From Candidatus Poribacteria bacterium (GTDB taxonomy: Bacteria > Poribacteria > WGA-4E > PCPOR2b): a DNA stretch of 64,000 bases. Each line of letters begins with the position of its first letter. Position 1 is the first letter of the stretch. Below are positions 38,643-48,701 of this stretch, one piece after another. The notes beneath the pieces were generated by a model. That model had not been told where the DNA came from. It worked only from the letters and a program-made list of their open reading frames with translations, and did no database searches. The stretch spans positions 2,560,001 to 2,624,000 of the forward strand of contig OZ242351.1 of NCBI GenBank assembly GCA_965208675.1, given 5' to 3'. A program made the translations under genes and the position numbers.

Positions 38643-39212
38643 ATGAAATCGAAACACAGTCTTGTTATAAGCGGTATTGTTGGCGGAGTCATAGGGAGTT
38701 TGTTAACAGCGTCGTTGGTTTCACCAGTCACAGCGCAAAGGGATAAGTTTGATGCGATTCAATGTTCCGGTTTAACAGTCGTTGATGATTCGGGCCAACC
38801 GAGGATATTACTCACAGCCGGTGAAGAGAGTGGGGTTAGTCTTTTCATTGGCAAAGACATGAAAATTGCGTTGATGTTCGGCGAAGACGAACACGGTGGA
38901 TATGTCAGGGGCGTTGGCACGGATGGAGAATCTGCGGTAATGCTCGGTATCGATGAACACGGCGGGATTGTCAACGTCTTTGGCAAGGGCAAGAAATCTT
39001 TGTTGATACTCGCTATCGATGAACACGGTGGGAATATCATTGTCAGTGACAAGGACAATGAACCTGTTGTGCATCTCGGTCCGAAGGAACACGGCGGGTT
39101 TGTATCTGTCTTTGGCAAAGGCAAAGGTCGTGCAGTGATGACAATCGACAAATACGGCAACGGCGTTGTGGGTACACGGGACCAAAACGGCACTGAGAAT
39201 ACATTAGACTAA
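38643..39212 (+). CDS. Exported beta-repeat protein (22-aa DEHGG repeats, 5 + cap)
   Basis: TAAGGAG RBS; signal/TM; repeats. Confidence 0.75.
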   Translation: MKSKHSLVISGIVGGVIGSLLTASLVSPVTAQRDKFDAIQCSGLTVVDDSGQPRILLTAGEESGVSLFIGKDMKIALMFGEDEHGGYVRGVGTDGESAVMLGIDEHGGIVNVFGKGKKSLLILAIDEHGGNIIVSDKDNEPVVHLGPKEHGGFVSVFGKGKGRAVMTIDKYGNGVVGTRDQNGTENTLD

Positions 39213-39395
39213 AACTCAAGAAGATTTCACAATGCGACTACTTGATTTGAAAAAATGTCACATGACGGGTACAAACATGTTTGTGATTGCCGTCATTGTC
39301 GGGGCGATTATCGCCTTTGTTGAGTAATATATCTTACCTTAACCCGCGGTGCCGGTTCGCCGAATACTGCACAATTGAAAAAGGAAGGTTTGGAG

Positions 39396-39683
39396 ATGTC
39401 AACATATCTACCCAAAGTTGAGAAGTTTGAACATATTGAGTGTGAAAGCATAACCGTAACAAACGGTGAAGGAGCTAAAATTCGTCTGGATTTTAATGCT
39501 GCTGGGCAACCAGAGGTCAGTATATCAGGCGTAGGCACTGATCCAGACGCTAATCAACTCACACTAACTGTAAATCATAACGGAGGCATTATTGCTGTTA
39601 GTGGTTTAGATGGCGATGCTCGCATAGGTCTATCAATTGACGACAGAGGAAGAGGTCAAGTATTAACTCTTGGTACTAGTTAA
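39396..39683 (+). CDS. Short signal-less member of the same beta-repeat family
   Basis: KFEHIECESITV matches KFDAIQCSGLTV; NHNGG...DDRGRG. Confidence 0.6.
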   Translation: MSTYLPKVEKFEHIECESITVTNGEGAKIRLDFNAAGQPEVSISGVGTDPDANQLTLTVNHNGGIIAVSGLDGDARIGLSIDDRGRGQVLTLGTS

Positions 39684-39727
39684 GCGGTTAACCAGAATTA
39701 AACTCACTCAGTGATAAGGAGAGTCAA

Positions 39728-40015
39728 ATGTCTGAACGTAACGCCAAATACGGCGAGAAAACGATTAAACTTACTGTGTATCTATTTACCGAAAACATTG
39801 CAAAAGAAGAAAGCAAGGTCGAGCCGAAACATGCTTGGACAAATGGAAGTGTCAGCCTTATAAGTAATAAGACACATGGCATAACATCGGGCGACCGGCA
39901 CCCCTTCAATTCATTGTTAGAGATTCCTAAGGCGATTGAGGATGCGCTTATCGAAGGGGAGATTACTCTACATCCCACTGGCAAGATGAAAAAGTATATC
40001 GTGGATAACAACTAA
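39728..40015 (+). CDS. Hypothetical protein
   Basis: TAAGGAG RBS; KHAWTNG...NKTHGI...PFNS. Confidence 0.7.
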   Translation: MSERNAKYGEKTIKLTVYLFTENIAKEESKVEPKHAWTNGSVSLISNKTHGITSGDRHPFNSLLEIPKAIEDALIEGEITLHPTGKMKKYIVDNN

Positions 40016-40082
40016 TACTACTGGCCGCCAATTACAACTGATTACCGACGAATTAACCTGCCGTAGGACTGAAACATCAAAT

Positions 40083-40119
40083 AGCCGTTGCGGTAGATGC
40101 TTGCGTGACGGCTTTTTTG
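40083..40119 (+). terminator. Rho-independent terminator
   Basis: AGCCGTTGCG...CGTGACGGCT followed by T-run. Confidence 0.65.
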
Positions 40120-40139
40120 TTTGTGAGGAGATGAATGTT

Positions 40140-40541
40140 ATGTGCCATGAATCTGTAGTACGACGGAATACGATCGCCCGCTTGTTCTTTTCCTGCAAAG
40201 GTCGAATCTCGCGTCGCACTTATTGGGCACTAATTGGTATTAGTATGGTTCCGGGTATTTTAAAGATAGTGTTTTTAGTCACTGGCGACATTGTGACGAG
40301 AGCATTCTTCCCGGGTGTTTTCTATTTAGCATTACCATTTGGGTGCTGGTGTCTTCAATGCGCAATTCAAATTCCAGCCTTTATCAAACGGCTGCACGAT
40401 ATGAACAGGAATGGATGGTGGTGCATACTGTGTTTTTTCGATGTTCTGGCGGTCATTGCCTGGATTGTTTTAGGTGTATCTAATGGCACTCAAGGCAAAA
40501 ACCGGTACGGCGATATAACGGAACGTCATCGGTTATTTTAG
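40140..40541 (+). CDS. DUF805 inner-membrane protein
   Basis: FS.KGRISRR.YW, KRLHDMNRNGWW, G.NRYG. Confidence 0.85.
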   Translation: MCHESVVRRNTIARLFFSCKGRISRRTYWALIGISMVPGILKIVFLVTGDIVTRAFFPGVFYLALPFGCWCLQCAIQIPAFIKRLHDMNRNGWWCILCFFDVLAVIAWIVLGVSNGTQGKNRYGDITERHRLF

Positions 40542-40692
40542 ATTCATGCCCCCTAATTTCAATCCGCCCTTGTTGCTAAGGCGATAGTCGCCCTTGTTAT
40601 GTACATTATACCTTAATGCAGGACACATACAACTAAAAGTTACAAATCTTAACTTGCTAGTATGGCGAAAGTTGGATCAAGGAGGCATTACA

Positions 40693-41049
40693 ATGTTTAA
40701 AGTGCAAAATTGGAAGATTGGATTGGTTTATGCGATGCTCGGCACGATAATCGGACTGCTCCTGTCCCCCGTGGCCTCACACAGGGAAGAGTATGGCTCG
40801 ATTCGGTGTACTACATTAACGATTGTTGATGAAGAGGGGAAAGACAGGATGATATTCAAAGCCGGTGAAGTGAGCGTTGCCCTTTGCTTTACCAAAGACG
40901 GTAAAATTGTGACGAGTTTTGGTGAAGGTAATTACGGTGGGTATGTATCTGTTCGTGGCAAAGAAGGCTCCGGTATCACGAGGATGAGCATCTCCGAATA
41001 CGGCAACGGTGTTGTGAGGACATACGACAAAAACGGCTATCGACAGTAA
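40693..41049 (+). CDS. Exported beta-repeat family protein (2 repeats + cap)
   Basis: AGGAGG RBS; IRCTTLTIVDEEG; SEYGNGVVRTYDKNG cap. Confidence 0.7.
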   Translation: MFKVQNWKIGLVYAMLGTIIGLLLSPVASHREEYGSIRCTTLTIVDEEGKDRMIFKAGEVSVALCFTKDGKIVTSFGEGNYGGYVSVRGKEGSGITRMSISEYGNGVVRTYDKNGYRQ

Positions 41050-41102
41050 CCTAAACGAACTGAAACGTCTGGCGATATTTACGCAATGAAAGGAGAATTG
41101 AC

Positions 41103-41993
41103 ATGTTGAGAACTTTAGTTGCGTTGTTGGTTCTAGCTGTAAGTTTGTCTTCAATGGGTTGTGCAACAATCATGCGAGGTACTACTCAAAAGGAGAAGTT
41201 TGACACGATTCAGTGTTCTCGGTTAGAGCTTGTTAATGATGCGGGCGAAGTGAAAGTACTCCTCACTGCCTATGAATACGGCGGGCAAGTCCGTGTTCGC
41301 GGCAAGAACGGGATATCTGGGGTCGCGCTTGGAACCGATGAATACGGCGGACTTGTCGGTGTCCATGGCAAGTCCGAGGCCCCTGGGGTCTTGCTCGGCA
41401 CCGATGAAAATGGAGGAATTATCGTTGTCGTTGGCAAGGAAAAGGAATCTGGGGTCGTGCTCAGTATTGATAAAGATGGTGGGCGTGTCGGTGTTGATGA
41501 CAAGGACGGGCAAACTGTGGTCATGCTCACAACCGATGAAGACGGCGGGCATGTCGGTGTCCGTGGTAAGGACGATAAACGTGGAGCCATGCTCTATATC
41601 GACGAACACGGCGGGCGCGTCCGTGTCCATGGCAAGGACGGGAAACCTGAGGCCGCGCTCGGTACCGATGAAAATGGAGGAATTATCGTTGTCGTTGGGA
41701 AGGACGGACAATCTGGGGTGGTGCACGATGTGACCGAACACGGCGGGATTGTCAACGTCTTTGGCGAGGACAAGAAATCTTCGTTGCTGCTCGTTATTGA
41801 TGAACACGGTGGGAAAATCATTGTCGTTGACAAGGACGATGAACCTGTTGTGCATCTCGGTCCTAAGGAACACGGCGGGTTTGTATTAGTCCTTGGCAAA
41901 GGCAAAGGTCGTGCAGTGATGACAATCGACAAATACGGCAACGGCATTGTGGGTACACGGGACCAAAACGGAACTGAGAATACATTAGACTAA
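41103..41993 (+). CDS. Beta-repeat lipoprotein (10 x 22-aa repeats + cap)
   Basis: Lipobox SMGC; DEHGG/DENGG repeats; 3' end near-identical to 38643 gene. Confidence 0.8.
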   Translation: MLRTLVALLVLAVSLSSMGCATIMRGTTQKEKFDTIQCSRLELVNDAGEVKVLLTAYEYGGQVRVRGKNGISGVALGTDEYGGLVGVHGKSEAPGVLLGTDENGGIIVVVGKEKESGVVLSIDKDGGRVGVDDKDGQTVVMLTTDEDGGHVGVRGKDDKRGAMLYIDEHGGRVRVHGKDGKPEAALGTDENGGIIVVVGKDGQSGVVHDVTEHGGIVNVFGEDKKSSLLLVIDEHGGKIIVVDKDDEPVVHLGPKEHGGFVLVLGKGKGRAVMTIDKYGNGIVGTRDQNGTENTLD

Positions 41994-42387
41994 AACGCAA
42001 GAGAATTTCACAATGCGACTACTAGATCTGAAAAAATGTTAAATGACGGGTACACTCGTGTGAACTTACCCCCCCAATGTTTACACAGTTATGCTTGTCC
42101 ATTAAGGTGTAAGCGCTGGGCAATCCGGCTACGCTTCAACACCTAATATTTTTGAAAACACACCTCGTGATGTGTTTTAGTATTGAGCGACCTATGAAGC
42201 CGATACTTGTGAGATACGTAAAACCAGTGTCGATAATCATGCTGTCGATTTAGACGAATTTATGCGGCGCACCGCTACAGGTATTAAAGCCAATCTCAAT
42301 CGCAATGAATCGCTTTATGAACTAACTCAAAATCCTTAGGAGCCAAACTATGGAAACCTTACTCTCAACGTGGGAGGAGATGAAGTG

Positions 42388-42918
42388 ATGAAAACTCACG
42401 GGAAGAATGCCAAGACCGCAATGAACCTAAAAACAATAATCCTCTCTCTCATCTTATGCGCCCTCTCTGGGTGTGCCGCCGAGCACAATGGCAACAACGA
42501 TACCGTACCTCACCCTATGACTGAATGGGTCGGAGAGTGGAACGTTATGGATTTTGATACCGGTGGCAACTTGGTTCCAACTTCAGACCGATTTATTTTC
42601 AGACCAAACGGCACATTTATTAAGCGCAGTTGGTCAATATTTAAAGAACCCCGCGAGAGAGTTGTATCCATTCGTGGTATTTATTTAGTCTATGACAATA
42701 CATGCATACTGAAGCGCTGGGTTGGAGAACCAGACACTGTACGGCATCATGAACGTTACGAAGGCACATGGCAAAGGCTTGACAACATTCTCATTTTATC
42801 AGCCGAACCGCAATTCTATAATAATCCTGACCGTCTAGGAAAACGACTCTATCTCGGTGAAACTGTGGTATTTAAACGTCCCGATTTGCGTTCGGAAATA
42901 CAACTACGAAAAAAATAA
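42388..42918 (+). CDS. Lipocalin-like hypothetical lipoprotein
   Basis: Lipobox LSGC, VGEW, F.PNGTF, GTW. Confidence 0.65.
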   Translation: MKTHGKNAKTAMNLKTIILSLILCALSGCAAEHNGNNDTVPHPMTEWVGEWNVMDFDTGGNLVPTSDRFIFRPNGTFIKRSWSIFKEPRERVVSIRGIYLVYDNTCILKRWVGEPDTVRHHERYEGTWQRLDNILILSAEPQFYNNPDRLGKRLYLGETVVFKRPDLRSEIQLRKK

Positions 42919-43255
42919 TAGGGAGGTTTACAATGGACACACAAACTGTTTTTGCAGTCTTAGGTACGACAGGCCAGCGCGTGCCCGTTGGCGTGAACAC
43001 CCGAATGTCGTGCGTTGGTTGCGCATCAAGTATGCAGTAGATGCTCTGGCGATGCAGCCGGGCTTTGACCGAAACCAACTTTCCGAGATGAAGTTGTCCG
43101 GCCTCTTCGCCAAGCCCAACAAGGAATAGCGTCCGCCAATCAAACAGAAATACCCGGAGTGCGCGGGTGGCGCAACGATGCGTGTTGGCAGAGGAAGCAG
43201 TGGCGGTATTTGACTGGAACGACGGATTTGAAGTTGCAATTAAGGAGGTATTAGA

Positions 43256-43549
43256 ATGAGGGTTAAAAAGAGCGACAGATCTTTATTGGAACGTTTACGA
43301 AGCAAACCGCCGCTTGGCGGCGAGATTGGCAAGGAATTAGGAGAAGCGGGTAAGGGGTTGCGTGAAGTTCCGGCGCCTAATTGGAAAGACAAGGAAGCGC
43401 GCGCCCGTTGGCGTGAGCACCCGAAAGTCGTGCGTTGGTTGCGCATCAAGTATGCGGTAGACGCCCTAGCGATGAAGCCGGGTTTTGATCTAAACAAGCT
43501 CTCCGAGATGAAGTTGTCCGAGCTCTTGGCCAAACCCAACAAGGAATAG
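43256..43549 (+). CDS. Basic 97-aa hypothetical protein, array copy 2
   Basis: TAAGGAGG RBS; paralog of 43676. Confidence 0.7.
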   Translation: MRVKKSDRSLLERLRSKPPLGGEIGKELGEAGKGLREVPAPNWKDKEARARWREHPKVVRWLRIKYAVDALAMKPGFDLNKLSEMKLSELLAKPNKE

Positions 43550-43675
43550 CGTCCGCCAATCAAACAAAAATCGCCTGAGTGCGCGGACGGCGCAACGATG
43601 CGTGTTGGCAGAGGGAGCGGTGGCTGTATTTGATTGGAACGACGATTTTGAAGCTGCGATTAAGGGGGTATTAAA

Positions 43676-43969
43676 ATGAGAGTTAAAAAGAGCGGAAGAT
43701 CTTTATTAGAACGTTTACGAAGTACACCGCCGCTAGGCGGCGAGATTGGCGAGGAGTTAAGAGAAGCGGGTAAGGGATTGCGTGAAGTTCCGCGCCCTGC
43801 ATTGGGCGACAAAACAGCGAAGCGGCGTTGGCGTGAGCACCCGAAAGTCGTGCGTTGGTTGCGCATCAAGTATGCGGTAGACGCCCTAGCGATGCGGCCG
43901 GGTTTTGACCGTAACAAACTCTCCGAGATGAAGTTGACCGACCTCTTCGCCAACCCCAGCAAGGAATAG
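43676..43969 (+). CDS. Basic 97-aa hypothetical protein, array copy 3
   Basis: TAAGGGGG RBS; WREHPKVVRWLRIKYAVDALAM identical to copy 2. Confidence 0.7.
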   Translation: MRVKKSGRSLLERLRSTPPLGGEIGEELREAGKGLREVPRPALGDKTAKRRWREHPKVVRWLRIKYAVDALAMRPGFDRNKLSEMKLTDLFANPSKE

Positions 43970-44836
43970 CGCCCATAAATCAAACAAAAATCCCCTAAGT
44001 GCGCGGGCGGGGCGACGATGCGTGTTGGCGGAGGAGGCGGTGGCGGTATTTGACTGGAACGACGATTTTGAAGCTGCGATTAAGGAGATATTAAAATGAT
44101 TAGCGATGAGGTGTTGAAAGTAATACGGAAGTTTTTGTAGGTTGGGTAGAGCGGGAATGATGTACGAGATGCGGAGATCTGCACGTGGTTAGAATGTTGA
44201 GGTTGTTGGCCGATGTTTATGATGTAGCGAAACCCAACGTTTTTGAAACCTTTACCTTCCCGATTGTCCGACGCCGGCACAGGGACGATCAGATCAAGAA
44301 AATACCATGGATATGTTGGGAAATCGAGGCGGAGCATTGAATACGGAATTTATTTGGAATGCCGGAGGAATTAAAATCATTGGGTTTCGCTCCAAAAATC
44401 ATAATTTCTAACGCAAATAAAACGCGTTACGCACGCGGCACTTTGAAACTTTTGTTGTCTCGGCATTAAACAATTGCCAGAGTGAAACAATTTACGCCTT
44501 ATGGTAACAACCGGGCTAAACCCGGTGGTTGCCGAATGGGCGTGTAGGACGCCTTTGTTCAAGATACAGACAGGTAACGCTATGCGCCCGAACATTGTGG
44601 TTCGGGCGTGCGTTTTCTAACATTTTTTATTGGAGCCGCTGTGGTTCGTAATCCTTAATTCCCCGGCTACCAAATGCTGATTAACGTCCAACCATCGGTA
44701 AGCGCGGTCAAGCGAGTGGGCAGCGAGTGCGATAGAGTTCCCCTTCCCAACCGCTAAATCAGTTTATAAACTAACTCAAAATCCTTAGGAGCCAAACTAT
44801 GGAAACCTTACTCTCAACGTAGGAGGAAATGAAGTA

Positions 44837-45376
44837 ATGAAAATTCATGGGAAGAATGCCAAGACCGCAATGATCCCAAAAACAATAATCCTTTCTCTCA
44901 TTTTCTGCGTCGTCTTCGCCAATGGCGCGCCACCTGCGAAATCTGACTATAAGTTTCGTGTTAGTGTTGAAGTCGCATCTGATAGTCATGAATCTATAAT
45001 CAAAAGCTATTTAAGTCGTGGACTCCGTCAGATCGGTGATGTTGAAGTTGTATATGATGAAGCCCTATATAGTGTCCGAGTAGTTCACGTTCATCATACC
45101 TTTGTTAACGCTTACTCAATTGTTGTCATGGAAAGTAGGCATGATACTGTTTTGGCTTTGACAGATCGCTTGCATGATGAGGATTTGAGAGAATTGGCCC
45201 GTGAGCTTTTCGATGATGTTGTTTCGATAAAAACTCATTTATTATTCATGTTCGGCGGACAACGAGATATTAGTGAAGCGTGTGAAAAAATCGTTGCAGA
45301 ACTTGACGCGGATGTCTTAGAACCGCATAGGCAGGTACTGCAGAAACTGAGATGGCGTCACAAAGAGCAAAAATAA
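44837..45376 (+). CDS. Secreted hypothetical protein
   Basis: Signal peptide shared with 42388 gene. Confidence 0.65.
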   Translation: MKIHGKNAKTAMIPKTIILSLIFCVVFANGAPPAKSDYKFRVSVEVASDSHESIIKSYLSRGLRQIGDVEVVYDEALYSVRVVHVHHTFVNAYSIVVMESRHDTVLALTDRLHDEDLRELARELFDDVVSIKTHLLFMFGGQRDISEACEKIVAELDADVLEPHRQVLQKLRWRHKEQK

Positions 45377-45390
45377 CAAGGAGCTACACC

Positions 45391-45642
45391 ATGGACGCCT
45401 TGCAATCACCGGAGTTCCTGATAATCGCATTAACGGTTGCAAGTATTCTCGTAACGTACCTGCTGCCGGTCGTAATCGTTGCCGCTATCTTCTGGACAAA
45501 TCGCACGACCAAAAAGCTAATTACTTCGTTGATACCGCAAATACAGGCAGACCGCGCCGAATTACTCGCACAAATGCAGTGTGAACACGAAGAGTTACGC
45601 TCGGAGCTAAAAATGAAAGACCGCACTAGGCGAAAGCAATAA
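45391..45642 (+). CDS. Small membrane protein with coiled-coil tail
   Basis: AAGGAG RBS; TM followed by helical tail. Confidence 0.6.
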   Translation: MDALQSPEFLIIALTVASILVTYLLPVVIVAAIFWTNRTTKKLITSLIPQIQADRAELLAQMQCEHEELRSELKMKDRTRRKQ

Positions 45643-45652
45643 GGAGCCGACC

Positions 45653-45793
45653 TTGCAGGTGAAAGATGTCCCGGCGTACATAGAGAATCTGTTAAACGAT
45701 TTTATACTTTTCATCGGCGAAATCGAGGTCGAAACGGCTATCGCTATTGTCGGTGTAGTATTTTTAATCGGCAAATGGATTGAGGAACGTTAA
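45653..45793 (+). CDS. 46-aa small membrane protein (not in ORF track)
   Basis: TAAGGAG RBS, TTG start: MQVKDVPAYIENLLNDFILFIGEIEVETAIAIVGVVFLIGKWIEER. Confidence 0.45.
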   Translation: MQVKDVPAYIENLLNDFILFIGEIEVETAIAIVGVVFLIGKWIEER

Positions 45794-45882
45794 GCCCTTA
45801 CCCATTACGCTTTATTCATAATTCTTTACTCATTACGCTTTACTCGTTACGCTTTACCGTAAGCGCGATCAAGCGAGTTTTT

Positions 45883-46228
45883 GTAGGTTAGGTAGAGCGG
45901 ATATGGTGATACATGCGTAGTATTTCGTTAGCAGTACATACATTGAGATTGTTTGGCACATGTAATGGTGGAGCGAAACCCAACGTTTTTGAAAAGTTCG
46001 GATCGCCGACCGGCAGGCGTCACCGCCAAATCGATAAGAACAAGGAAATACAAGGAGTGAATTTGGAATTTGAAGCGGTGTATTGTAATTGGAATTTTGT
46101 TAGGGTTCCCGGAGGGTATAAAAGCGTTGGGTTTCGCTCTGCGTGTTTTGACATCGGCATCGTTAGAAATTCGGAACGGTTAATTGTTACCTGAACCGTT
46201 TTGCAATTATCCGCTCTACCCAACCTAC
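45883..46228. repeat. GTAG REP/MITE element
   Basis: GTAGGTTAGGTAGAGCGG...GCGAAACCCAACG...CGTTGGGTTTCGC...CCGCTCTACCCAACCTAC. Confidence 0.8.
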
Positions 46229-46667
46229 AGAAACTATGATGGCTGAATCAATCAACTCGTCTGCGGGTTCAAAATTGAGCATTCGCAACTTATTTTCTCA
46301 AATGCTCACAAATACTCAACGCCGCAAACCCGCTCCCTGTCTAGCTTTCCGCCCATTATCGCTTATTTTCCAATGTCCCAAATACTCAAAAAATAAGCAA
46401 ATCACAAATTCCAAATCTACCTACTCAACCCAAATTAACACGAGCGTTTTTAATTTTTTCAGACAACGTATACCGCAAAAGTTTCCCTTTTTTTTATGGA
46501 CTGTAAAAACTGTAATTTTGGCTGAAATCTGTGGGTTTGAATTTCCTACTGATGACATTCGTCGCTCGACGCCGTAAGGGTTCCTAGGTTGGGTTAAACC
46601 CAAAATAACGCAAAAGCGAAATTACAAAATCAATTCATGTCAACCCGCGATTGATAGCCACACCCCG

Positions 46668-48701
46668 ATGAAATCACAAGCCTTTCGTTACAAAATTATT
46701 CTATTGAGCGGACTTACCTTGTTTACGTCCGACCCGGTTGCCGTCTCCCAAATTCAAGATTATTCAACGTTGAATTTGCCCGACGGAGCGGTTGCGCGTC
46801 TGGGGAAAGGCGGGGTGAGTTTCGGCGACAGAAGTATCGCGTTTTCGCCCGATGGAAGCCGCCTCGCCGTAGCAACCAGCATCGGCGCATGGCTTTACGA
46901 TGCCGAGACGTGGGATGAAATTGCGCTGCTAGCCGGGCACAAAGAGGAGGTTTCCACGGTGGCGTTCTCGCCTGACGGCACAAAACTGGCTTCAGGGTCG
47001 GGCTCCCAATTCCCCGGAACGCTAAAACTGTGGGATATCGAAAGCGGACAAGATATCGCTGCATTCCAAGTAGAGAGAAGATTTGTCGATACTGCGGCGT
47101 TCTCGCCTGACGGGGCAAAGCTTGCCTGGGCGGATAGATTGTGGGATGTGAGGGCAGGACAACAACTCGACATCATCCAAGATAAGGGGTTGTACAAGGT
47201 CGAGTTTTCGTCCGATGGTGTGACGTTAGCGGGGACAGACATGTGCGCCGTTAATGGGAAGCGGGCGGCGGTTGTAAAGTTATACGACATTGAAACCGGA
47301 AAACACCTTAAGACGCTAAATCAGGGTACAGAACGGGTCTCATCCATCGCCTTTTCGCCTGATGGGCATCTATTAGCTTCAGGCTCGCCATCCGATGGCA
47401 CAGTCAAACTGTGGGATGTAGATTCAGGGCAAAATACCGCCGTATTTACAGTGAAACCAAGTGATGGCAATGCAATGTGTGTTGCGTTCTCACCCGACGG
47501 CGCAAAACTCGCTGTGGCGTCGTCGGAGGGTATCACGCTCTGGGAAGTATCGACGGGGCAGCATCTCTACGCACGGCAACACATCGATTTCGGAAAACTA
47601 GAGATTTCAGCGGATGTTTTCTCTATTGCGTTTTCGCCGGACGGGACGAAACTCGCCTCAGCGTCATGGGATGGCGTCAAGCTGTGGGATGCAGCGACCG
47701 GGCAAAATCTCGCCGCCTTACCCGGTCATACACGGGTGGTTAATGCTGTCGCGTTCGCACCTGACGGATCGGCGCTCGCGTCAAATTCGATGAGCGGCGT
47801 CCAAGTATGGGAGGTTGCCGCCGGCCGGCATATTACCACGCTGGCAGGGCCTCCGAATTTTGCCGCATCCTTTGCGTATTCGCCCGACGGCACAAGACTC
47901 GCCGCGGGTTCAGCAGATGCAAGGAATGCCGAGCATACAGTTAAAATATGGGACGTAGATACGGGGAAAAATATTGATACCCTACAAGGGCACTCGGACT
48001 TAGTGACCGCGGTCGCGTACTCGCAAGACGGAACGCTGCTTGCCGCGGGGTCAAAAGACAGAACCATCAACGTGTGGGATGTCAAAACAGGGCAAAGCGC
48101 CGCCAGATTGCGGGGGCATAAGAGTTCAATCAACGCTGTCGCGTTTTCGCCCGATGGAACGAAACTGGCGTCCGGCGCAGATGATACGTCAATTCGGTTG
48201 TGGGAGATTCCGACCGGCAAAGTGCTGTATACACTAGGCGGTATAAATAGCCCTCAAATCCCGGTGAAAGTGCTGCCCGCGCCGCGCCGAGGAGAGGACA
48301 TCAACGAAGATCAGATGGACAGTGCCGGTGATGTTGTACCCGAGATTATCAGGGGTTCTGTCCTATCTGTCGCATTTTCGCCGGACGGAACGAAACTCGC
48401 CTCTGCGTCGATGGATGGCGTCAGGCTGTGGCATGTAGGGACAGGGAAACTTCTCGCGGCGCTCACGGACGAGGAGGATGCTGCGGGTTTCTCCGTCGCA
48501 TTTTCACCGGATGGCGCAAAACTCGCTTCCGGGTCGTGGGATAACACGGTAGAGCTGTGGGATGTTTCGACGCAAAAACATATCGCTGCATTTCAAGGGC
48601 ATACCGGCAACGTCTGGACCGTGGCGTTTTCGCCCGACGGCACAAAACTGGCTTCAGGATCAGATGATGGAACGGTGCTGCTGTGGAATGCACCAGAGTA
48701 A
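46668..48701 (+). CDS. Secreted WD40-repeat protein
   Basis: LPDGAVARLGKG leader; many VAFSPDG.KLASGS.D..V.LWD repeats. Confidence 0.92.
   Translation: MKSQAFRYKIILLSGLTLFTSDPVAVSQIQDYSTLNLPDGAVARLGKGGVSFGDRSIAFSPDGSRLAVATSIGAWLYDAETWDEIALLAGHKEEVSTVAFSPDGTKLASGSGSQFPGTLKLWDIESGQDIAAFQVERRFVDTAAFSPDGAKLAWADRLWDVRAGQQLDIIQDKGLYKVEFSSDGVTLAGTDMCAVNGKRAAVVKLYDIETGKHLKTLNQGTERVSSIAFSPDGHLLASGSPSDGTVKLWDVDSGQNTAVFTVKPSDGNAMCVAFSPDGAKLAVASSEGITLWEVSTGQHLYARQHIDFGKLEISADVFSIAFSPDGTKLASASWDGVKLWDAATGQNLAALPGHTRVVNAVAFAPDGSALASNSMSGVQVWEVAAGRHITTLAGPPNFAASFAYSPDGTRLAAGSADARNAEHTVKIWDVDTGKNIDTLQGHSDLVTAVAYSQDGTLLAAGSKDRTINVWDVKTGQSAARLRGHKSSINAVAFSPDGTKLASGADDTSIRLWEIPTGKVLYTLGGINSPQIPVKVLPAPRRGEDINEDQMDSAGDVVPEIIRGSVLSVAFSPDGTKLASASMDGVRLWHVGTGKLLAALTDEEDAAGFSVAFSPDGAKLASGSWDNTVELWDVSTQKHIAAFQGHTGNVWTVAFSPDGTKLASGSDDGTVLLWNAPE

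Larger units (their letters stand above)
42968..44098 (+). repeat. Tandem array of 420-bp units (one partial, two full genes, three spacers)
   Basis: Stops at 43129, 43549, 43969; ATGs at 43256, 43676, 44096. Confidence 0.9.

Noticed and set aside
38955-42054. Diversity-generating retroelement TR/VR pair
   Set aside because: Differences between the duplicates are not adenine-specific, both copies are coding, and no reverse transcriptase is present.
43130-43240. Programmed TAG read-through (e.g. pyrrolysine) in the array genes
   Set aside because: Copy 3 has a TAA three codons after the TAG, and no recoding machinery is in the window.
42928-43983. Minus-strand ORFs across the 420-bp units
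   Set aside because: They share third codon positions with the + genes, lack RBS/start, and that antisense frame is readily open in Tyr/His/Gln-poor genes; the + ORFs have strong RBSs.
38643-45793. Integron cassette array
   Set aside because: Genes are small and co-oriented, but I found no RYYYAAC...GTTRRRY attC sites and no intI.
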